DNA of 24,000 nt from an uncultured Desulfomicrobiaceae bacterium. GTDB taxonomy: Bacteria > Desulfobacterota > Desulfovibrionia > Desulfovibrionales > Desulfomicrobiaceae. Where the stretch lies: positions 29,800 to 53,799 of the forward strand of contig CALKRN010000002.1 of NCBI GenBank assembly GCA_937989665.1, written 5' to 3'. Position numbers and translations under genes: made by a program. Position 1 is the stretch's first letter. Each line of letters starts with the position of its first letter. The notes beneath the pieces were generated by a model. That model worked only from the letters and a program-made list of their open reading frames with translations. It had not been told where the DNA came from and did not search any database. Below, in pieces: positions 17,823 to 24,000 of the stretch.

Positions 17823-19755
17823 AGCTGTCCTCGCTCTGTTTTTTGGCGTTGACCCAGTTGAGCAGTCCGCCAGCGCGGAGGATGGCGATTTCCTGACCGG
17901 TTAGGTCATGGGTAAGGGCCACCGTGGCGCCGGCCGTTGTTGTTGCCGTGATGCCGGTGTTTGGGGCCAGGGCCGCGGTATCGAGGCAGATCGTCTCGCC
18001 CTGGGTGAGGCGGTCATAGTCCTCTGGTTGGGCCAGGGTGAGCGGGAGGATGCCGAAGTTGATGAGATTGGCCTTATGGATCCGGGCGAAAGACTTGGCG
18101 ATGACAAGACGCACGCCAAGGTAGCGCGGAGCTAGGGCCGCGTGTTCGCGGCTCGAACCTTGGCCGTAGTTCTCCCCACCGAGGATACATCCTTGGCCGG
18201 CGGCCTTGGCTCGGGCGACAAACTCGGCATCCACCCGGGCAAAGACGTGCTCGCTGATGGCCGGGATATTGGAGCGCAGGGCGGTGATGGCCGCACCTGC
18301 AGGCATGATATGGTCGGTGGTGATGTTATCGCCGGTCTTGAGAAGGATGGGCAGGGTGAGGCGTTCGGGCAGGGGGTCAAAAGGCGGAAGCGGCACGATG
18401 TTCGGGCCCCGCTCGATGCGCACAGAGCCGCTGTCCTCGGGCGGGAAGAGGAAGAGATGGCGGATGGAAGGGACGCGTGCTGGCAATCGAGGCGGGGTGA
18501 GGTCAGCTGTCCAGGTGGCCGGGTCGGTGAAACGGCCATCTCGGGCACAGAAGGCGGCGGTAATGGGGCTTGCGAGATAGACCTGGGCGTCTTGGGTGCC
18601 GCTGCGGCCTTCAAAATTGCGATTAAAGGTGCGCACGCTCACCCCGCCGCTGGCAGGGGAGCCTCCCATGCCGATGCAGGGCCCACAAGCGCATTCGAGA
18701 AGCCGAGCACCGGCATCGAGTAAGACGTCGAGCAGCCCTGCATGAGAGAGCATCTTGAGTACGGCCTTGGAGCCTGGGGCGATGAGGAGGTCGGTGGTGG
18801 GGACCACACGCTGCCCGGCGAGGATCTCGGCCACGGCCTTGAGGTCTGCATAGGACGAGTTGGTGCATGACCCCACGGCCACCTGGTCCACCCGCAGACC
18901 GTGGAGGTGGGCCACTGGGACGACCTTGTCGGGCATGTGCGGGGCTGCAGCCAAGGGCACGAGGGTACTAAGATCGACGTGGATCTCGTCGTCATAGATG
19001 GCGTCGGGGTCAGCGGCCAGGGGGATGAAGTCTGCTTCGCGGCCCATAAGGCGCAGGAAGGCGAGGGTCTGTTCGTCGCTGGGGAAGATGGAGGTGGTCG
19101 CCCCGAGCTCGGCTCCCATGTTGGTGATGGTGGCCCGCTCCGGCACGGTGAGGGTGGCGACCCCAGGGCCAGCGTACTCGAAGATGACCCCCACCCCACC
19201 TTTGACCGTCAGACGCCCCAACAAATGGAGGATGACGTCTTTGGCCGAGGCAAAGCCCGTGAGCTGGCCAGTGAGCCAAACTCGGCAGACTTTGGGCATG
19301 GTGAGGGGATAGGGCTCGCCGGCCATGGCCAGGGCCACGGAAAGGCCGCCTGCGCCCATGGCCAGGGCGCCCATGCCACCGGCGGTGGGCGTATGGGAAT
19401 CGGATCCAATGAGGGTCGTTCCCGGTTTGGCGAAGTTTTCCAGGTGGAGTTGGTGGCAGATGCCGGTGCCTGGGGGCGAGAAGACGATGCCGTAGCGTGC
19501 GGCCACGGTGCGCAGATAGCGGTGGTCGTCCGGGTTGCGGAAACCCATTTGCAGGGTGTTGTGGTCCACGTAGCTCACTGAGAGCTGGGTGCGGACGCGC
19601 GGCAGCCCCATGGCTTCCCATTGCAAGTAGGCCATGGTGCCGGTGGCATCTTGGGTGAGGGTTTGATCGATGGTCAGGGCAATGTCGCTGCCCGGGCGAA
19701 GCTCGCCGGAGACGAGATGCTGCGCGAGGATTTTGTGGGTCAGGGTTTGGGACAT
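17815..19755 (-). CDS. Aconitate hydratase
   Basis: 646 aa; 'GSDSHTPTAGGMGALAMGAGG', 'VAVGSCTNSSYADL', 'ECACGPCIGMGGSPASGGVSVRTFNRNFEGRSG', 'NYGQGSSREHAALAPRYLGVRLVIAKSFARIHKANLINFGILPL'. Confidence 0.96.
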   Translation of the reverse strand: MSQTLTHKILAQHLVSGELRPGSDIALTIDQTLTQDATGTMAYLQWEAMGLPRVRTQLSVSYVDHNTLQMGFRNPDDHRYLRTVAARYGIVFSPPGTGICHQLHLENFAKPGTTLIGSDSHTPTAGGMGALAMGAGGLSVALAMAGEPYPLTMPKVCRVWLTGQLTGFASAKDVILHLLGRLTVKGGVGVIFEYAGPGVATLTVPERATITNMGAELGATTSIFPSDEQTLAFLRLMGREADFIPLAADPDAIYDDEIHVDLSTLVPLAAAPHMPDKVVPVAHLHGLRVDQVAVGSCTNSSYADLKAVAEILAGQRVVPTTDLLIAPGSKAVLKMLSHAGLLDVLLDAGARLLECACGPCIGMGGSPASGGVSVRTFNRNFEGRSGTQDAQVYLASPITAAFCARDGRFTDPATWTADLTPPRLPARVPSIRHLFLFPPEDSGSVRIERGPNIVPLPPFDPLPERLTLPILLKTGDNITTDHIMPAGAAITALRSNIPAISEHVFARVDAEFVARAKAAGQGCILGGENYGQGSSREHAALAPRYLGVRLVIAKSFARIHKANLINFGILPLTLAQPEDYDRLTQGETICLDTAALAPNTGITATTTAGATVALTHDLTGQEIAILRAGGLLNWVNAKKQSEDSCA

Positions 19756-19788
19756 GAAGACTCCTTGAACTGCGAGATGCGCCTCGGG

Positions 19789-20061
19789 TTAGGCCCAAGC
19801 GCTTTGGAGGAGGCGGATTTTGTTGCGTCGGAAGAGGATTTCCGTGTCGAGGCGGAGCTTTTCCTGCTGGAGTTGGAAGATTTCTGCCGCATGGGTGCAT
19901 CCTGGGTCTTTTGCTTCGGCTTCCCGCAATTGGCGGATGCGTTCCAGCAGCGCGGTTTGTTGGCGCTGGAAGGTGCTAATTTCCTCCTCTAGGGCGAGGA
20001 TGTGGCGGGTATGGTCGTCGTTAGGATTCCACGCGGATGCGTTTGCGTTTGGGTTGTTCAT
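19789..20061 (-). CDS. Small coiled-coil hypothetical protein
   Basis: 90 aa, 'HILALEEEISTFQRQQTALLERIRQLREAEAKDPGCTHAAEIFQLQQEKLRLDTEILFRRNKIRLLQSAWA'; lies between two same-strand genes and overlaps the upstream gene by 41 nt. Confidence 0.6.
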   Translation of the reverse strand: MNNPNANASAWNPNDDHTRHILALEEEISTFQRQQTALLERIRQLREAEAKDPGCTHAAEIFQLQQEKLRLDTEILFRRNKIRLLQSAWA

Positions 20062-21634
20062 GGACCGTGGCAGGTTCCGTTGGTTGGGTGAGAAAGTGTT
20101 GGGGTTCGGGAAGGTTCATGTAGATTTTCCAGAACCAGGGCCAAAGAGACGAGACATTGTCCGCACCGGCAAGGCACAAACCTGGCCGGGCAAAAGAGGC
20201 CAAGGCGGCTGCCAGCGTCCAGAAGGGGTCTGGACTTTGCCAGGGCCCTTCGGGGGTGCGGCCTTGGATGGGTAAGGTGAGGTGGAGGGTATTTTCCTGG
20301 CATTGTGCCGGCACTCCCAACGCGGCGAGGAATTCCATGGCCGTCTCAAGGGATTGGGGATGGGGGGCGCGCAGGGAGCTCGGGGCATTGAGCCCAAGGC
20401 AGAGGGCGAGCACGAGCGGAAAATACTCGGGGCACGGGGAGAGGTCGGCATCAAGGGCCAGGGGCGGCTCGGTCATTGTGGCGGTGATGGCGCCGTCGCC
20501 TATATGCAGGCGCAGGCCCAGTTCCTCGAGGATGTCCAGGGCATGTTGGAGATGGGGCAAGTGGGTAGGCCAGGTGCCCCGCAGCCGAGCGCTGCCGCCG
20601 TAAAAAAAGGGAAAGGCGAGCACATGGAGGGAGAGCAGGGGATCCACGGGGACGTCGGCCTGCGGGAGGTCGAGCTGTACTGGCCCTGGAGGGATGACGA
20701 TGGTTGTGTCCTGGAATTGGACTTCTGGGACCAGGGTTTGGAGAAAGCCAATCCCCTTACGCAGAAGTGAGCTCATGCGGGCTGCGGGCTCCACGTGGAT
20801 AATCATTCCCTTGGGATAGGTGGTGGCCGCCACCGCCAGGGCGAGGATGAATTTTTTGGAAAATCCAGGGGGGATGGTGATTTCTTCCGGGAGCTGGCCA
20901 CTGGCCTCCAGCCGCGCCGGTAGGCCAGTACTGTGGGGTTCGATGGTGGTGAGCCGTGCCCCGAGAGCCGGCAATAGGTCCTGGATGGGGCGAAGGTCAT
21001 GGACCTTGAGCCGGGTCGCGCCGGTGAATTTGACCTTGGCCACGCGCGAGAGGCTCAGACACAGGAGCAGGTAGAGGTGGAATTTGCCTTGGCCGGCATA
21101 GACGATGGTATTGTCCGGGGACCAGGAGGGGACTGGCTCGCTTTGGCAGGTCGCGGCCTGTGCGGTGAGTCGGAGACCGAATTGGCTAAGGGCGTTGATG
21201 AGCTCCAAAGAAAAATCATTGCCTTGGAAGGGGGTAATCGTCACCGGAGCGGTGTTGACTGCCGCGAGCACGAGCAGGGTGCTGGCGAGGATTTGGTCCC
21301 TAGGGGCGTCAATGTCGATGCCCACGGGTTTACGCCGCGGATAGAGGCACAAGGAATCTGGCCCATTGCCCTTTTCTGCCCGGGCGTAGGCCAAGGTGTT
21401 GGTGAGGTGGAAAAGGCGGCGGATGAGTTGGGGGTCCAGGTTATCTTTGGCACTGGCCAGCCGCCAGGTATTCCAGAGCGTTTTTTCCTGTTGGGCGTCC
21501 GTAATGCCAATCCCCTTGGCCCGACGGCGCTGCGCCGCCCTCGCCAGCAGAGCGGTCCGCTGGGTCAAGAGGGCAAGGATCTTGGCATCGATGCGGCTAA
21601 TTTCCTGGGTGAGTGAGAGGGGGTGTTCTGCCAT
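20021..21634 (-). CDS. Fusion of AroQ-type chorismate mutase-like domain with divergent 3-phosphoshikimate 1-carboxyvinyltransferase (EPSP synthase)-like domain
   Basis: N-terminal 'LSLTQEISRIDAKILALLTQRTALLARAAQRRRAKGIGITDAQQEKTLW' resembles AroQ; remainder 'GIDIDAPRDQILASTLLVLAAVNTAPVTITPFQGNDFSLELINALSQFGLRLTA...LKVHDLRPIQDLLPALGARLTTIEP...' resembles the EPSP synthase fold with altered motifs. Confidence 0.72.
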   Translation of the reverse strand: MAEHPLSLTQEISRIDAKILALLTQRTALLARAAQRRRAKGIGITDAQQEKTLWNTWRLASAKDNLDPQLIRRLFHLTNTLAYARAEKGNGPDSLCLYPRRKPVGIDIDAPRDQILASTLLVLAAVNTAPVTITPFQGNDFSLELINALSQFGLRLTAQAATCQSEPVPSWSPDNTIVYAGQGKFHLYLLLCLSLSRVAKVKFTGATRLKVHDLRPIQDLLPALGARLTTIEPHSTGLPARLEASGQLPEEITIPPGFSKKFILALAVAATTYPKGMIIHVEPAARMSSLLRKGIGFLQTLVPEVQFQDTTIVIPPGPVQLDLPQADVPVDPLLSLHVLAFPFFYGGSARLRGTWPTHLPHLQHALDILEELGLRLHIGDGAITATMTEPPLALDADLSPCPEYFPLVLALCLGLNAPSSLRAPHPQSLETAMEFLAALGVPAQCQENTLHLTLPIQGRTPEGPWQSPDPFWTLAAALASFARPGLCLAGADNVSSLWPWFWKIYMNLPEPQHFLTQPTEPATVHEQPKRKRIRVES

Positions 21635-21711
21635 AACGTGCTGTTGGGAAAAGGGTGGGAAATGCCGTCAAAGCTGACTTCTGCTAGCAAGAACACCCCG
21701 CTCAGGCAAGG

Positions 21712-23310
21712 CTATTCCACCCCCGGTTGTTTTTCCAGGTGGCCGGGGTTGTAGAGTTTGCGGTCCTGGGGTGCTGGCGGGGTCCATTGGTAGATCCAGG
21801 TCTCGGTGAGGGGCCGGCCATCGGCCTCGAGGTAGAGGCGCAGATTGATGGGGTTTTGGGTCTCATCTGGAGGTACGACGTCGAACATGCAGCGAAATCC
21901 CTGGATGGCATGCTGGGGGCGTACCGAGGTGATCTCAATGCGGCCAGCGGAGGTCTCCAGGACTGGTCGGATCGTACTGTTGGTGCCGATCATGGCGAGG
22001 TCCCCGCCCGCAAAGTCCACGGCAAAGCGCTGGCTGTAGTATTTGCGCGGCAGGCCCACGACGCCCCCAAGGCCGGTGAAGGTGTCCTTCGTATGCGCCA
22101 GCCGGTTTTGGACCGGCGGTTTGGTGCCCCAGTAGAGGTTATAGCTATAGAGGAGCTCCTGGCCTGGCTGGACCGGCTCTGCTGGATTCCAGAAGGCGAC
22201 GATGTTGTCGAAGGTTTCATCGAGATTAGCGATTTCCACGAGCACGACATACCCTTTGCCCCAATTGCCCAGCGGTTCTACCCAAACACTAGGCCGTTTG
22301 TCGTAGAAGACACCGTCATCTTGGTAGTGGTCAAAATTTTGGTCGCGCTGCAGGAGGCCAAACCCCTTCGGATTGAAGTCCATGTAGGCATTGTAGCGTA
22401 AAAAGGGTGGGTTATTGAGGGGCCGCCAGAGCCATTCGCCGTTGCCATTGTGCATGAGCAGCCCGTCGGAGTCGTGGATTTCTGGCCGCCAATCATGGCT
22501 CATGCGGCGGTCGTTTTCGGCGGTAAGGAACATACTGGTAAGCGGTGCAATGCCGAGGCGTTCGATAGGTTTGCGGGGATAGATGGCCGCATCGACGCGC
22601 ATGGTGAGGGTGTGGCCAGGGCGGATGTCGAAGCGATAGGCGCCAGTGACACTGGGAGAATCAAGGAGGGCGTAGACCGTGGCCGTGTCACTGCCCGGGG
22701 CAGGTTTCTCGAGCCAGAAATGAGTAAAGACCGGAAATTCTTCGTCGCGAGGCAGGGCGGTATCGACGGCGAGGCCACGGGCAGACATGCCGTACTGCAT
22801 CTCGCCCCCCACGGCGCGGAAATAGCTCGCCCCAAGAAAAGCCACCAGATCTCGGCGCCAATCGGTGTGGTAGCGGAAGCGAAAGCCGGCAAAGCCGAGA
22901 TTTTTAGGGAGGTCTTTGCCTTTGATGCCAGAGCTGCCGTATTGGAAGAGATCCGGAGTGTAGTCGATCTCCCGCGGTATCCCATCGATGATCTCGTAGA
23001 CCGTGACCGGGGTTTGGTAAAAGAGGCCGAGGTGGAAGAGCTCTGCCCGAAACAGGCTCGCCGGGTCGTTGCGCCAGAGGGCATGCTCTGGGTTGAAGGC
23101 GAGCTGCATGTACTGGTCCCAGGAGAGTTTCTTGAGGACTGCCGGGAGCTCGCCGGCATGGCTGACATAAGGCTGGGAGGCCAGGTGCCGGGCTTGGCCT
23201 TTGAGCCAGGCGTAGTCGAACTTCCCTTGGGGGAGGGGAAGCGTTGTGGCGCTATAGGCTGTTGTGCCAAGGAGAAAGACAAAGGCAAGAGCAAAGCAGA
23301 GACGTGGCAT
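21712..23310 (-). CDS. Glucan biosynthesis protein, periplasmic OpgG/MdoG family
   Basis: 532 aa with signal peptide; 'ATTLPLPQGKFDYAWLKGQARHLASQPYVSHAGELPAVLKKLSWDQYMQLAFNPEHALWR', 'FRAELFHLGLFYQTPVTVYEI', 'FLGASYFRAVGGEMQYGMSARGLAVDTALPRDEEFPVFTHFWLEKP', 'GLLQRDQNFDHYQDDGVFYDKRPSVWVEP'. Confidence 0.93.
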   Translation of the reverse strand: MPRLCFALAFVFLLGTTAYSATTLPLPQGKFDYAWLKGQARHLASQPYVSHAGELPAVLKKLSWDQYMQLAFNPEHALWRNDPASLFRAELFHLGLFYQTPVTVYEIIDGIPREIDYTPDLFQYGSSGIKGKDLPKNLGFAGFRFRYHTDWRRDLVAFLGASYFRAVGGEMQYGMSARGLAVDTALPRDEEFPVFTHFWLEKPAPGSDTATVYALLDSPSVTGAYRFDIRPGHTLTMRVDAAIYPRKPIERLGIAPLTSMFLTAENDRRMSHDWRPEIHDSDGLLMHNGNGEWLWRPLNNPPFLRYNAYMDFNPKGFGLLQRDQNFDHYQDDGVFYDKRPSVWVEPLGNWGKGYVVLVEIANLDETFDNIVAFWNPAEPVQPGQELLYSYNLYWGTKPPVQNRLAHTKDTFTGLGGVVGLPRKYYSQRFAVDFAGGDLAMIGTNSTIRPVLETSAGRIEITSVRPQHAIQGFRCMFDVVPPDETQNPINLRLYLEADGRPLTETWIYQWTPPAPQDRKLYNPGHLEKQPGVE

Positions 23311-23319
23311 AGGGACTCC

Positions 23320-23838
23320 TTATGGTTCCAGTCGTAGCCCGAGTCGTTTAGGGCAACCAGCCTCAAGGTGGCAGTCCTGGCAGCCATGACGGCCCGAGGC
23401 ATAGGTGAGGGTGGCGTATTTGCGGGACAGGGCTCCGCTTTCGTGGAGCTCGATGCCCAGTTCCCGGAGGGCCCTGGTGAGGGGTGGTGTGGGTGGAGGC
23501 ACCGGGGCACAACCGGTGCGGCGTAATCCTGGACGCAGAGAGGTCAAGCAGCCAAGGACGAGGGCCTGGGCCATGGCTTCCCGGGCAAAGGCCTTTGCTG
23601 GACTCGTCTCCCAGAGGGGGTCCATCTCGGCTTCTACGGAAGGAGCGAGGGTGACAAGCACGTAGCCTGTGCGTCCGCCCAGGCGCCAGGCCTCCACGGC
23701 AGGCAGCCACCGTTCCCATGCCTCGGAGAGCTCCAGGAGGGAGCGGGCATCGAGGAACGAGCGCTGGGAGAGCAGGAGATAGGTCTGCGGGTCGAGGTTG
23801 GGCTGGACGGAGACACGCTTCGCGGTAAGTGGGGCCAT
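23320..23838 (-). CDS. Hypothetical protein with C-terminal Cys cluster
   Basis: 172 aa ORF preceded by AAGGAG; C-terminus 'GRHGCQDCHLEAGCPKRLGLRLEP'. Same strand as and 9 nt upstream of opgG-like gene. Confidence 0.75.
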   Translation of the reverse strand: MAPLTAKRVSVQPNLDPQTYLLLSQRSFLDARSLLELSEAWERWLPAVEAWRLGGRTGYVLVTLAPSVEAEMDPLWETSPAKAFAREAMAQALVLGCLTSLRPGLRRTGCAPVPPPTPPLTRALRELGIELHESGALSRKYATLTYASGRHGCQDCHLEAGCPKRLGLRLEP

Positions 23839-23847
23839 GGGAGCTCC

Positions 23848-24000
23848 TTAGGCCGGGGCAACGTCTGGCCCCGTGTCGTCATCGGTGCGCAGCAGTTCGG
23901 ACTTGAGTGGTGTTGGTATGGTGGCGGGGATAAGCCCTTGCTGCTTGAGGTAGACGAGAAACTTTTTGGCAATGGAGAAATTGGGATTGAGGGCCAGGGC
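23848..24000 (-). CDS. C-terminal end of an unidentified protein running off right edge (possibly TPR-like)
   Basis: Reverse-strand open frame without interruption: ...ALALNPNFSIAKKFLVYLKQQGLIPATIPTPLKSELLRTDDDTGPDVAPA stop; stop at 23848-23850 is placed just before the next gene's RBS. Confidence 0.6.
   Translation of the reverse strand, partial: ALALNPNFSIAKKFLVYLKQQGLIPATIPTPLKSELLRTDDDTGPDVAPA

Overview
The window is a GC-rich bacterial chromosomal segment, densely packed with mostly housekeeping genes and resembling sulfate-reducing Desulfovibrionales (inference from gene content). Recognisable content: futalosine-pathway menaquinone genes (polyprenyl synthetase fragment, MqnD, MqnB, and a MenG/UbiE-type methyltransferase), a nucleotide-sugar dehydrogenase, a tetraheme cytochrome c3-like protein followed by two near-identical terminators, hemL, a siroheme decarboxylase (Ahb/NirDLGH family), gpsA, YjbQ, an anti-sigma-type ATPase with a response regulator-PP2C phosphatase, a coiled-coil protein with an in-frame 63-bp tandem repeat and a nuclease-like C-terminus, an Rrf2 regulator, argJ, an HD phosphohydrolase, a short TonB-like protein, a YfcE-type phosphoesterase, a PpiD-like isomerase, aconitase, a chorismate mutase/EPSP-synthase-like fusion, and an OpgG-family protein. 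I found no CRISPR array, transposon, prophage, tRNA or rRNA, and no clear multi-gene defence system. The best second-look items are the repeat-containing coiled-coil/nuclease-like protein, the apparently degenerate chorismate mutase-EPSP synthase fusion, a potentially structured intergenic RNA at about 14969-15139, and the duplicated terminator module at about 5671-5777.
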